Assembly (NCBI GenBank): GCA_034520945.1
Contig: JAXHNB010000005.1
Location: 544,001 to 608,000, forward strand
Length of the DNA stretch: 64,000 bases
Reading direction: 5' to 3'
From: Trueperaceae bacterium
GTDB lineage: Bacteria > Deinococcota > Deinococci > Deinococcales > Trueperaceae
Shown here one piece after another: positions 43,779-53,789 of the stretch. Numbering within the stretch: the first letter of the stretch is position 1; each line of letters opens with the position of its first letter. The notes under the pieces are model-generated. The model saw nothing but the letters and a program-made list of their open reading frames with translations. It did no database searches and had not been told where the DNA came from. A program made the position numbers and the translations under genes.

Positions 43779-44855
43779 ATGATCCAGGATACGTCTTCGG
43801 TTTCGCCTTGCATCGCAGGGGTCGACATTGGGGACGACACCTCCAGCGTGTGCATCTTGGATGCGGCATCGGGAGACGTGCTGGAGGAAACCCGCGTTCG
43901 GACGCGCGTGGCGGACGTGGAGCGGTACTTCGCGCGGTTGGACCCATTGCGTGTCGCCATTGAGACCGGGACGCACTCGTCGTGGATCGCGCGCGCCATC
44001 AGCGACGCGGGGCAAGACGTCACGATCGCCAACGCCGCGCACGTCCGGTTGATTCACGGCAGCAAACGCAAGAACGACCGGCTGGACGCCGAGAAACTCG
44101 GGCGCCTCCTCCGGTACGACCGGGCGTTGCTCGCGCCCATCACGCACCGGGGTCGCGCCGCGCAACTGGACCTTTCCGTTCTCCGTGCACGGGACGCGCT
44201 GGTCAGGGCGCGCACGCTCCTGATCAACCACGTGCGCGGGGTGGTGAAGTCCTACGGGCAGCGCATCCCCAAGTGCGAGACGAGCGCGTTCTCCAAGCAC
44301 GCCGCCTCGCACGTTCCCCCGGACCTGCTGCCCGCCCTGCAACCGCAGATCGAGGCGATCGCGCACCTCACAGAGCAGATCCGCAGCGCCGATCGGCGCG
44401 TAGCGGAGCTGTGCCGCACGACCCACCCCGAGACGGCCGTCCTGACGCAAGTACACGGCGTGGCCGAAACCACCGCCTTGACGTACGTCCTCACTCTCGA
44501 AGACCCCAACAGGTTCCACCGCAGTCGCGACGTCGGCGCGTACCTCGGTCTCACACCCGGCCAACGACAATCCGGCGGCAGGGATCCCGATAGGCACATC
44601 ACCAAGGCCGGCGATCGTGCGCTACGCAGGCTGCTGATTCAGTGCGCCCAACGCATCCTCGGCAAGCGCGGCATCGACAGTGACCTCAAGCGGCACGGGC
44701 AACGCATCATGCAACCCGGCACCAAGGAGGCGAAACGACGTGCCGTGGTCGCCGTCGCCCGCAAGCTCGCCATCCTCCTGCATCGACTCTGGATCACCGG
44801 CGAGGTGTACGAACCGCTCCACAACAACCAACCGAAACCGACCCCCTTGACGTGA
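43779..44855 (+). CDS. IS110-family (DEDD) recombinase/transposase
   Basis: GVDIG, VAIETG and KNDRLDA motifs; GLTPGQRQSGG (catalytic Ser); ITKAGD; VAVARKLA. Confidence 0.95.
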   Translation: MIQDTSSVSPCIAGVDIGDDTSSVCILDAASGDVLEETRVRTRVADVERYFARLDPLRVAIETGTHSSWIARAISDAGQDVTIANAAHVRLIHGSKRKNDRLDAEKLGRLLRYDRALLAPITHRGRAAQLDLSVLRARDALVRARTLLINHVRGVVKSYGQRIPKCETSAFSKHAASHVPPDLLPALQPQIEAIAHLTEQIRSADRRVAELCRTTHPETAVLTQVHGVAETTALTYVLTLEDPNRFHRSRDVGAYLGLTPGQRQSGGRDPDRHITKAGDRALRRLLIQCAQRILGKRGIDSDLKRHGQRIMQPGTKEAKRRAVVAVARKLAILLHRLWITGEVYEPLHNNQPKPTPLT

Positions 44856-44859
44856 GTTG

Positions 44860-45207
44860 AGTTCGCGCTCGGCGCGCGGCACGGACGAGGATCGCACCTG
44901 GGGCGTGCCCACCTTCCGGGACGGGTGACTGCGACGGCTGGCTCTGGCTCTACGAAGCCGCTTTACAGAGTGCAGCACCCAACTTGGATGTACCCCACCC
45001 TGCACCGAGCCGACCTACCGGCTCACCACGAGTGCGCATGGAAGAACAAGGCAAGGGCACCCCCGCATCAAGGCGCGCACCCCGCCCGCCACCGCCAGGC
45101 GCGACCGGCCCGTCAAGAACTACAAACCGCACCCAAGCAAACGCGGCGAAAACCACACCCCCGCGTCGGCGCCAACCTACGTTGACACGAAGCGGCCTCA
45201 ACATGGA
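44860..45207 (+). ncRNA. Predicted seek/bridge RNA region of the IS1111-type element
   Basis: GCTGGCTCT (44937-44945) is the reverse complement of the right flank AGAGCCAGC; TTACAG (44963-44968) matches the left flank; CATGGAAGA (45037-45045) matches the circle junction; boundaries approximate. Confidence 0.7.
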
Positions 45208-45448
45208 AGAGTGCAGCACCCAACTTGGGTGTACCCCACCCTGCACCGAGCCGACCTACCGGCTCACCACGAGTGCGCATGGAAGAACAAGGCAAGGGGA
45301 CCCCGCATCGAGGCGCGAACCCCCGCCCCCACCGCCAGGCGCGACCGGCCCGTCAAGAACTACAAACCGCACCCAAGCAAACGCGGCGAAAACCACACCC
45401 CCCGCGTCGACGCCGCCCTACGTTGACACGAAGCGGCCTCAACATGGA
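44967..45448 (+). repeat. 241-bp tandem duplication (44967-45207, 45208-45448) of the IS right end
   Basis: Two near-identical units, each ending TTGACACGAAGCGGCCTCAACATGGA, with scattered differences. Confidence 0.95.
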
Positions 45449-46763
45449 AGAGCCAGCGGGGCGCGGTCCCGCCCTGCGATTGGTGTCGATGGTTCCGCTA
45501 TTGGTCGCGGCGATCCTTCGCCCCGGTTGGTGGCAGCCCTACGTGAGTTTGGGACTGGGACTCACCCTCGGGTTCGTCGTGTTCACGATCTCACTGGCGG
45601 GACAGGTGTTGGCGGTGATCGCACTCGCTGGCCTAACCACGCTGCACGCGATTCGCAACCGCAACGCGTTGATCCAGCACGTCAAGGCCGTCGCGGTCCG
45701 CGCGTCGGTTCTTGTCGCGCTGGTAGCGGTGGGATTCACATTCGCGCTGCAACTCGTCGAGCCGGAGGCCATTCAGGTCCTCGGCGGGGGCGTCAACCTA
45801 ACGGACGTTCGCGAGCCGGAGGAGGAGGACCTGACGAAGGACAACCTGCGCCAAACGTTCAGGGAGCGCGGGGTGTGGATCGCGGACGCGCTCCGTCGCG
45901 GTGCAGAGCGCTTTCCGGTCGGGACGGGCGCTGGCAGCACGCGGCACATCTTCTCGTCGATCCAGTCCCACCCTGGCGTCGAGTCCGTCGACGTCCACAA
46001 CTACTACGTGCAGACGTTCATGACGCTGGGGCCCATCGGCGCGCTTGCACTGGTCTGGTGGTTGTTCGGTGCGGTTCACCTTGCATTCCTGCGTGGGCGT
46101 GTTGCGCTCGGCGTCGCAGGTGTCCTGTTCGCGATTCACCTCGGCTTCGACGTTGCCGGCTACTTCCCGGGCGTGATGATGAGCTTCATGCTTCTTGCTG
46201 GTGCGGGGGCCGCGACGGAGAAGCGGGCGTTTGCGCTCCCCAATGGGAGTGCTCCCGCGCACCGCATGCTCGGACTCGTCGCGTTGGTGGCGGTGTTCGC
46301 GTTCGTGGCGTACTGGGCGGTGTGGTCGCTTCCTTGCCAGGAACTCGATTGTGCCCTTGGGCGCCGCCTGGCGGAGCGAACCACGGTATCGGACGTCATG
46401 GCGCGTTCGACCGAGGCAGATCGGCTGCGCCTGGCCGCAGGGGCGGCACGCCTGAATCCCGATTCGTTGGCGGAGCGCCGTCGATTCGTCCATGAACTCG
46501 AGACCACGGTGTGGCGTTCCGGCGTGGATCCGTTGCCCGTGCTGCGCGAGCATGAGCGCTTGGTCGATGACTTTCGCGTGGCGGATCCCTACATCTACTG
46601 GGATTGGATCGAAGCGGCGACGCGCGCGGGAGATCGCGAAATGGCGTGCGAAGCTCGCCTTCGAGGATGGCAGGTGTTCGGCTTTCGCGGTTCGCACGTC
46701 CTTGCGCCGTCAGAGCGCTCTGCCGATGCGATGCAGGAGCCCGTGACGGTGCACTGTCGGTGA
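45449..46763 (+). CDS. O-antigen ligase/pilin glycosylation-like membrane protein, 5' end possibly lost to IS insertions
   Basis: Multiple TMs; R..VW...PVGTGAGS...DVHNYYVQTFMTLGPIG and IHLGFD motifs of Wzy_C/WaaL type; lies in a pilin locus. Confidence 0.7.
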
Positions 46764-47115
46764 CGACGTGGTTCGATCGCGTTTACGTACATTACCCGGG
46801 CGAGTTCGTGCATTAGATTGTTACGTGCTGGACCGCACGGTTGGTCCCCGTTGAATTCTGATTGGACGTACACAGGCGATCAGTAGGCTGAATGTGGTAC
46901 GAGCCTCGGCGGCGGCATTGCGCCTTCAGTATCAGAGCCCCGTTGCCATCACGGCAAGATACACTCACCTACAGTCCCTACGCGGAAGGCTGCACAAGCA
47001 ACTTGAGCCTCTACGCAACCCAGAGCGGTTCAGGAATACCCGCCCCCCCAAACGTGGGTGGTGCGCCAGCCAACCGGCGGCGATAGTCATAAGCATGAGG
47101 ATTCGAGGCGAACTG

Positions 47116-47607
47116 ATGCTACGACACCCCGTCGGCATGGGACGCGACGCCGTCTCCATGATGGAAATCCTTATCGTGTTGGCGATCCTCGGCATTCTTT
47201 TTTCTATCTCGATTTCCGCAAGGACGGACGATGCGGGCCGCACGGCTCGGGACATGGCGAGACTATTTACGCAGGCGCGTTTCGAGGCGGTGAAGCGAGA
47301 GGCTCCAGTAGCCGTTGTGTGGAACGACGATGACAGTGTGCGCAGGCTCGAGGTGCGAGCAGGTGTAGCCACTTGTGCCGATGCGGGGACACTCGTGCGT
47401 ACGCTTGACGCGTCCGATCGGCGTGTGCGGTCCGTGAGCGTTGGTCTCGATGGCGCAGGGTTGATATGGCTTCCGAGCAACATCGCGCGCACATGCTCGA
47501 ATGATGTCTTCACGGGCACGGGCAATGAATCAAGAGTTGTCGTCGAAGGCCGTCGTTCCACATTCGAAGTCACGATTTCGCCGGCCGGCTTCGTGGAGGT
47601 GCAGTGA
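47116..47607 (+). CDS. FimT/GspH-like minor pilin
   Basis: A|VSMMEILIVLAILGIL and QARFEAVKR; atypical cleavage site. Confidence 0.78.
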   Translation: MLRHPVGMGRDAVSMMEILIVLAILGILFSISISARTDDAGRTARDMARLFTQARFEAVKREAPVAVVWNDDDSVRRLEVRAGVATCADAGTLVRTLDASDRRVRSVSVGLDGAGLIWLPSNIARTCSNDVFTGTGNESRVVVEGRRSTFEVTISPAGFVEVQ

Positions 47608-48077
47608 TGGTTGCAGGTAGCAGGTTGACAGCATCAAAGTCGAGGCGTGCTGGGCTGACGTTGCTTGAGGTGATCATCGCCGTTGCCATACTGGCCATCG
47701 GCATCCTTGCAGCGGCTGGCCTGCAGACCACGGCCCTGCGCACTACGAGAAACGTGTCGTTGATTCAAGCGTTGACGGAACGAGCCAATGAGGAGTTGGC
47801 ATTTCAGCGTAGCGTCTTTGACCGGGATCTCGAGCCGACCGCTGGTGCCTGTTCATCACCCGTGTCCGACTCGGATCCCTACAGGGATGAAATCGTGTGT
47901 ACGGTCGAAGTCTTCGACTGCGTCGTCACGGCCGGTTCCAGCGCCGCATGTGATGATTCCGGGGCCGGCAACGCGTTTCTCGTACGCGTGACAACGACAT
48001 CCCCGCTCGGCCCCCGAGAGGTCGTGCTTCAGCGCGTTCTCGGCGAGCGACCCTACTTCGACGGGGCTGAAGAATGA
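47604..48077 (+). CDS. PilV-like minor pilin
   Basis: G|LTLLEVIIAVAILAIGILAAAGLQ. Confidence 0.85.
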   Translation: MMVAGSRLTASKSRRAGLTLLEVIIAVAILAIGILAAAGLQTTALRTTRNVSLIQALTERANEELAFQRSVFDRDLEPTAGACSSPVSDSDPYRDEIVCTVEVFDCVVTAGSSAACDDSGAGNAFLVRVTTTSPLGPREVVLQRVLGERPYFDGAEE

Positions 48078-48730
48078 GCGTGCATGGCGCACGGCGCTCG
48101 TCGCAAGGCGTCACGTTGATCGAACTCCTCGTCGCACTTGCGATCATGGGAGTCCTTCTCGCCGCCTTGGCGTCCATCTTGAACACCACGAACACCGCGT
48201 ACCGGACCCACGCCCGTGCGGTCGACCAGTCGGAGGTTCGTTTCCTAGTTACGCAGATTCTTCGCTACCACGTTCGGCTCGCAGGCTACGTGGGATCCAC
48301 CGGAGAGCAGGTTAATACCGTATGCGGCCGCTCTGTCGAGGCTACTAAAGGTTCCGGTAGTGGATCCGACGCTCTCACCATTCGCTACTTCGAAGATCGC
48401 AGGTACGAAGCGGATGAGCCGACCAACAGCACACTTTGTTCGAACGGCGATTCCGTCACGCACATCACGTTTTCTGCGTCTGATGGATTTTTCACGCAGG
48501 ATGGGGAGGCGGTTGTCGAAGGAGTCACGGGCTTCGAGGTCGAGGAGTTCGTGGCTTCGTCGGATGAGGCCATCGCCCCGTTCGAGGTATCGGCCGAGCA
48601 ACTCGGTCAGCTTACAGGTGTGCGGATCGGTGTGCAATTCGAGGAAGCTGCACCACTGAACCTGACGATTCCGTTCGCGAATCGCCAGAACGATTTTTTC
48701 GGAAGCGTCGTGGAGGAGGAGACCAACTGA
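48074..48730 (+). CDS. PilW-like minor pilin
   Basis: G|VTLIELLVALAIMG and VRLAGY. Confidence 0.85.
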   Translation: MSVHGARRSSQGVTLIELLVALAIMGVLLAALASILNTTNTAYRTHARAVDQSEVRFLVTQILRYHVRLAGYVGSTGEQVNTVCGRSVEATKGSGSGSDALTIRYFEDRRYEADEPTNSTLCSNGDSVTHITFSASDGFFTQDGEAVVEGVTGFEVEEFVASSDEAIAPFEVSAEQLGQLTGVRIGVQFEEAAPLNLTIPFANRQNDFFGSVVEEETN

Positions 48731-50373
48731 TGAAGCGTCCCGGGTATTGGAGTGGGCACATGTGCCAGCCTATTGAGTGCGTTGTACAGGATCAGACAAG
48801 GGGCGTGAGCGTCACCGCAAGGGACGGGATCGCGCTTGTCTCCTCTCTACTGATTCTCGTCATTGTCGCTGGCCTCGGTGCCTCGTCGATGTGGCTTGCC
48901 ACCATGAATGCAAGGACCACGGAGAACGTCCGGAGCCAGGCGATTGCGAAGAACGCCTCTCAAACGGCAATGGACCTGTCCCGGCTCGCATTGCAATCGC
49001 ACTACCGCGACAGCGGCGCGTTCCCAGAAGAGGGTAACTTCACGGTCCCGTCGCTGAAACTTGCCGGTAGCGAGGGAGCGCAAGCAGTCTACGAGCTCGT
49101 CTCTTACACCCTAATGACGGAAGACGACCGCGTCGAGCTTGAGATTCAAGGAAGTGGGCCGAACGGTGCGCGCCACACCACGTCCGCGCGACTCATCGCC
49201 GAAGTCGATGTGGCAGAAGGGGCTCCTTCGGGAGGAGACGAGATGATCCCCGGCCTGTTTTCCGAGACGGCTGTTCACCTTGCGGGTGGCAGTCCGAGGT
49301 TGCGGGACATGCCGGTGCATGGAAACGAGCGCGTGACGATGGGGCGGCCGACTTTTCAGACCTGCAGGGACGAACGCGACGAGTCGGGCGACTGCGAAGA
49401 CGGGTTTGTGACTGAGTTCTTCTCAGACCCCACGGCACCGGAATACCCGATCTCGACCGCAAACGGCTCTAACTGCGACGTAGGAGGCGTCAACGATCAG
49501 CGCTGCCGCGACGGCGGGACCCAGGAAGTCCACGTCGCCTATGAAGAACGTCTGTCCCTCGCTGCGGAAGGTGCGCTTCGGCACGGGTCCGTTGACATGA
49601 ACAGCGATTCGTGCGATCGCGTCGACACGCGCTGCTACACGGGTGACGTCACATTCAGTTCACCGGATGACATTCCTTCCGGTGTTACGCGGATCATCGC
49701 CGATGGCGACGTCGCGATTTTGAGTTCGGGTGGCGGCGGAGGTGACGGAGGCGGCGGTCCTCCCGCCGGAAAGGGCCCGCCCGGTCGAGGTGGCGGCGGT
49801 TCGTCCGATGATGACGAGGATGACGAAGCCGACCTCGAGGGTGTGACGCTGATCAGTACGGGTGGAGGGGTCCAGCTTCCCGATCGCTTTTCAATCAAGG
49901 ACACGGCGATCTTCTCGCACGACAGCCTCGACTTCAAGAAGGACTTCTCTGCGTACGGTAAGGTGACCATCGCGTCGAAGGGGGCGACCGTATTGGATGA
50001 GGAAAACGGTGGCGATGCCGACGAGGGCGACGGCTGTGCAGATCCGCTTCGCGGTGTTCACTTCCGGGGGCAGTCGCCAGCACTGCAAGACGGTGACGTG
50101 ACGTTGCTCGTTGTCTCCGAGGAATGCATCAAGATCAGCGGGATGCCTTTTGCCGACATACGTGGGTACTTCGTGTCGGGTGCTGGGGCGCACTTGGCTG
50201 GCGCTCCGCACTCGTCCTTCTTCGGAGGGATCGCGTCTAAGGGCGACGTGAAGATCGCGGGGACGCCAAATACTTCCTGGGATTCGGGAGTCGAACTCGA
50301 CAGCGACTACGAAGTCGCCCCGCCAACGACAGACTACACGGATGCTGTCGTTTCGTTCGTCACGTTGCGTTGA
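48730..50373 (+). CDS. PilX/ComZ-like large pilin with beta-solenoid-like C-terminus
   Basis: G|IALVSSLLILV lacking Glu5; long Gly/Asp/Cys-rich C-terminal region; fourth gene of the minor pilin operon; start may be GTG 48805. Confidence 0.78.
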   Translation: MKRPGYWSGHMCQPIECVVQDQTRGVSVTARDGIALVSSLLILVIVAGLGASSMWLATMNARTTENVRSQAIAKNASQTAMDLSRLALQSHYRDSGAFPEEGNFTVPSLKLAGSEGAQAVYELVSYTLMTEDDRVELEIQGSGPNGARHTTSARLIAEVDVAEGAPSGGDEMIPGLFSETAVHLAGGSPRLRDMPVHGNERVTMGRPTFQTCRDERDESGDCEDGFVTEFFSDPTAPEYPISTANGSNCDVGGVNDQRCRDGGTQEVHVAYEERLSLAAEGALRHGSVDMNSDSCDRVDTRCYTGDVTFSSPDDIPSGVTRIIADGDVAILSSGGGGGDGGGGPPAGKGPPGRGGGGSSDDDEDDEADLEGVTLISTGGGVQLPDRFSIKDTAIFSHDSLDFKKDFSAYGKVTIASKGATVLDEENGGDADEGDGCADPLRGVHFRGQSPALQDGDVTLLVVSEECIKISGMPFADIRGYFVSGAGAHLAGAPHSSFFGGIASKGDVKIAGTPNTSWDSGVELDSDYEVAPPTTDYTDAVVSFVTLR

Positions 50374-50396
50374 CGCGCGGATTTGTGTACGAACGG

Positions 50397-50430
50397 AGGC
50401 CACGTCGGCGTTGTCCGGCGTGGCCTTTTG
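50397..50430 (+). terminator. Intrinsic terminator after the minor pilin operon
   Basis: AGGCCACGTCGG-CGTTGT-CCGGCGTGGCCT followed by TTTG. Confidence 0.7.
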
Positions 50431-50640
50431 TCCTGGGCGCGAAGTTGAATCAACCAGTAGGTCTTTTGGTTCTCTCGTATCCAGGGGCTGCAACTGGGGA
50501 TGGTGGAAGGCCGCGGACTAGGGAATCGGCGTGCACCGTTCTAACTACGCCCGACTGGCCGCGGACCGTTTGTCAATGCGCGCTCTTGTCGGCCATGGGC
50601 TTCCTGTGCTCTACTTTCCTCCATGGCGCTTCGCGCGTCG

Positions 50641-50761
50641 CCTATCCAGAGCAGGCAAGGGACCTGGCCCTGTGACCCTGCGGCAACCAGCGGTCATCTC
50701 CGCGGGTGCTTCCTCCAGCCGGACGGACGGCTACGATGGCCGGGCCCTCCGGGAAGATAGG
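50641..50761 (+). promoter_or_regulatory. SAM-I (S-box) riboswitch
   Basis: CCTATCCAGAG...AGGGACCTGGCCC.TGA..CGGCAACC...GGTGC..TCC...AAGATAGG with P1 CCTATC/GATAGG; upstream of met genes. Confidence 0.92.
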
Positions 50762-51090
50762 GGCGAAAGCCTCGTCTTCGTGTCCAGCCCCGAGATGAAA
50801 GGGGCGGAAGGAGGCGAGAGATGCAAAGCGACACCACGACACGAACCCTGTTCCACCCGGTGATGGGCCCACGAATGCCGCGGGCGGCCGTGCGCTGACC
50901 GCCCGATCGCCGCTGCTGCCGCTCTAGGCCCATTGCCGACCGCGCAGACCTGAGCAGATCCGGGCCGGCGCCAGACCGCCGGACCCCACGCCGCATCCCG
51001 CACCGCACTTCGCGCTGCCGGGGTGCGCGCGTCTACGTCGTGACCGCCGAACCCGACACCCCGCACGCCCCCTCGCGAAGGAGACCGTTC

Positions 51091-52407
51091 ATGTCCCACC
51101 GTTTCGAAACCCTGCAGATCCACGCCGGCTACGAAGAGGTCGAAGCGACCACCAAGGCCCGCGCCGTCCCCATCTACCAGACGACCGCCTACAACTTCGA
51201 CGACGCCGATCACGCCGCGCGCCTCTTCGGCCTGCAGGAGTTCGGCAACATCTACAGCCGCATCATGAACCCCACCAACGACGTGCTCGAGAAGCGCCTC
51301 ACCGCCCTGGAGGGCGGCGTCATGGGCCTGGCGTTGGCCTCGGGGCACGCCGCGGAGTTCCTGGCGATCCTCACCGTGGCGCAGGCGGGCGACAACATCG
51401 TGTCCAGCCCGCACCTGTACGGCGGGACCCGCAACATGTTCGACGTCACCCTGCCGCGGCTGGGGATCGAGGTGCGCTTCACCGGCCCCGACGCCACCCC
51501 CGAGGAGTTCGACGCGCTGATCGACGACAAGACCCGCGCCGTGTACGTCGAGACGCTGCCGAACCCGTCCCTGAAGCTGCTGGACACCGACGCCATCGCC
51601 GAGGCGGCGCACGCGAAGGGCGTGGCGGTGTTCGTGGACAACACCAGCGCCATGGGCGGCTACCTGTACCGCGCCATCGATCACGGCGCCGACGTGGTCA
51701 TCCACAGCGCCACCAAGTGGATCAACGGGCACGGCACCAGCATCGGCGGGGTGCTGGTCGACGCCGGCACCATGCAGTGGGGCAACGGCCGCTACCCGCT
51801 GTTCACCGAGCCCAGCCCCAGCTATCACGGCATGAACTTCTGGGAGACCTTCGGACCCGAAGGGCCGTTCGGCAACATCGCCTTCGCCATCCGCGCGCGG
51901 GTGGAGGGCCTCCGCGACGTCGGCGCGGCGCTGGCGCCGCACAACGCCTGGCTGCACCTGCAGGGGCTCGAGACGCTCAGCCTGCGGGCGGATCGCTGCA
52001 TCGAGAACACGCACGCCCTCACGCAGTGGCTGCAGGCCCGCGACGGCGTCATCAACGTGAATCACCCCGACCTGCCCGACCACCCGGACAACGCCCGCGC
52101 GGTGCAGGACTTCCCCCGTGGCGCCGGCGGGGTGCTGACCTTCGAGCTGGAGGGCGGGCACGAGGCCGGCAAGCGCTTCCTGAACGCCCTGCAGTTGTGC
52201 TCGCGCCTGGTGAACCTCGGCGACGCCAAGACCAGCGTCACGCACCCCGCCAGCACCACCCACTCGCAGCTGGACGAGGACGCGTTGCGCGCCGCGGGCG
52301 TCACGCCGGGACTGATCCGCATCGCGACCGGCCTGGAGCACATCGATGACCTCACCGCCGACCTGGCGCAGGCGCTCGAGGCGGCGAGGGAACCCCAACC
52401 GGCATGA
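51091..52407 (+). CDS. metY: O-acetylhomoserine sulfhydrylase (aminocarboxypropyltransferase)
   Basis: [30 protein letters not shown] (PLP Lys), [22 protein letters not shown]. Confidence 0.93.
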   Translation: MSHRFETLQIHAGYEEVEATTKARAVPIYQTTAYNFDDADHAARLFGLQEFGNIYSRIMNPTNDVLEKRLTALEGGVMGLALASGHAAEFLAILTVAQAGDNIVSSPHLYGGTRNMFDVTLPRLGIEVRFTGPDATPEEFDALIDDKTRAVYVETLPNPSLKLLDTDAIAEAAHAKGVAVFVDNTSAMGGYLYRAIDHGADVVIHSATKWINGHGTSIGGVLVDAGTMQWGNGRYPLFTEPSPSYHGMNFWETFGPEGPFGNIAFAIRARVEGLRDVGAALAPHNAWLHLQGLETLSLRADRCIENTHALTQWLQARDGVINVNHPDLPDHPDNARAVQDFPRGAGGVLTFELEGGHEAGKRFLNALQLCSRLVNLGDAKTSVTHPASTTHSQLDEDALRAAGVTPGLIRIATGLEHIDDLTADLAQALEAAREPQPA

Positions 52408-53789
52408 ACGGAAACGACCGCCACGAGCCTGGCGGCGTGCCGCCCCCGGACGGGCCCAGTGAGGCCCGCCCGGACGGCGCGCAGGGCTTCGCCACCCGGC
52501 AGCTGCACGCCGGCCAGCGGCCCGACCCGGCGACCGGCGCGCGGGCGGTGCCGATCTACGCCACCACCAGCTACCAGTTCCAGGACGCCGCCCACGCCGA
52601 AGGCGTCTTCGCCGGCACGGCGGCGGGCAACCAGTACGGCCGCATGGACAACCCCACGGTCCGGGTGCTGGCCGACCGCCTGGCCGACCTGGAGGGGCGC
52701 CCCCCAGGCTCGGGCGTGGTGCTCTCCAGCGGGCAGGCCGCCACCAGCGCCGTGATGCTGGCGCTCGCCTCGCCCGGCCGCGAGTGGCTGGTCACCAACC
52801 AGCTGTTCGGCGGCACCGCCGCGGTGGCCAACAAGATCCTGGACCCCCTGGGCGTGCGCGTGCGCTACGTGGACCCCGACCCGGACGCCGTCCGCGCCGC
52901 CGCCGGCCCGGACACGGTGGGGGTGTGGGTCGAGACCCTCGCCAACCCCAGCGGCACCGTGCCCGACCTGCCGGCCCTGGCGGACGCCGCCCACGCGGCC
53001 GGCGCGCCGCTCGTCGTGGACAACACCTTCGCCTGCGGCGGGTACCTGTGCCTTCCGCTGGCGCAGGGCGCCGACGCGGTGGTGCACTCCGCCACCAAGT
53101 GGATCGGCGGGCACGGCGTGGCGCTCGGCGGCGCGGTGATCGACGGCGGCAGCTTCGACTGGCACGCCGACCCGGACCGGCACCCCGGCTTCCACCGCCC
53201 CGACGCCCGCGGCCGCACCGTGCTCCAGAAGGCGCCGCATGCGCCCCTGGCGGCGCGCGTCAAGGACCTCGGCCTCACCACCATGGGCATGACGTTGGGC
53301 CCGCAGGAGGCGTTCCTGCTGCTGCAGGGCCTGGAGACCCTCAGCCTGCGGGTGCAGCGCTGCTGCGACACCGCCCTGGCGTTGGCGCCGCGATTGGGCG
53401 AGCTCGAAGGCGTACGCGAGGTGGTCTACCCGGGCCTGCCCGGCCACCCCAGCCACCAGGTGGCGCGGCGCGTGCTGCGTCACGGCTACGGCGCGGTGCT
53501 GGGCCTGGCGTTCGAGGACGAGGCCACCGCCCGCGGCACGCTGGATCGCTTGCGTCTGATCAGCCACCTGGCCAACATCGGGGACGCCAAGACGGTCGCC
53601 ATCCACCCGTGGACCACCACCCACGCCGGCCTGCGGGAGCCGGCCCGCCGCGCCGCCGGCGTCACGCCCGACCTGGTGCGGCTGTCCGTGGGGTTGGAGG
53701 ACCCCGGCGACATCCTGGCCGACCTGGCGCAGGCCGTGCGCGGTGCGCGCGAGGCGCGGCCGCACCCGGGGGAGGAGGGCAACGCATGA
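52404..53789 (+). CDS. Second MetY-family PLP enzyme
   Basis: [41 protein letters not shown]. Confidence 0.88.
   Translation: MNGNDRHEPGGVPPPDGPSEARPDGAQGFATRQLHAGQRPDPATGARAVPIYATTSYQFQDAAHAEGVFAGTAAGNQYGRMDNPTVRVLADRLADLEGRPPGSGVVLSSGQAATSAVMLALASPGREWLVTNQLFGGTAAVANKILDPLGVRVRYVDPDPDAVRAAAGPDTVGVWVETLANPSGTVPDLPALADAAHAAGAPLVVDNTFACGGYLCLPLAQGADAVVHSATKWIGGHGVALGGAVIDGGSFDWHADPDRHPGFHRPDARGRTVLQKAPHAPLAARVKDLGLTTMGMTLGPQEAFLLLQGLETLSLRVQRCCDTALALAPRLGELEGVREVVYPGLPGHPSHQVARRVLRHGYGAVLGLAFEDEATARGTLDRLRLISHLANIGDAKTVAIHPWTTTHAGLREPARRAAGVTPDLVRLSVGLEDPGDILADLAQAVRGAREARPHPGEEGNA

Larger units (their letters stand above)
43677..45448 (+). mobile_element. IS1111-type IS110-family element with duplicated right end
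   Basis: Sub-terminal IRs ATGTAGAGGCCGC (43684, 7 nt inside) and GCGGCCTCAACAT (45192 and 45433, 3 nt inside); AG core at both junctions; TTGACA just inside the right end; long 3' non-coding region. Confidence 0.9.

Noticed and set aside
44967..45448. CRISPR array
   Set aside because: Two 241-bp units with no unique spacers and no cas genes; explained as an IS right-end duplication.
46930..46980. Tyrosine integrase C-terminal relic (VAITARYTHL)
   Set aside because: Only ~10 residues, with no preceding LGH or HxLR motif; may be chance.
50470..50560. Second SAM riboswitch (TATCCAG start)
   Set aside because: Lacks the GGCAACC, GGTGC and AAGAT elements and P1 closure.
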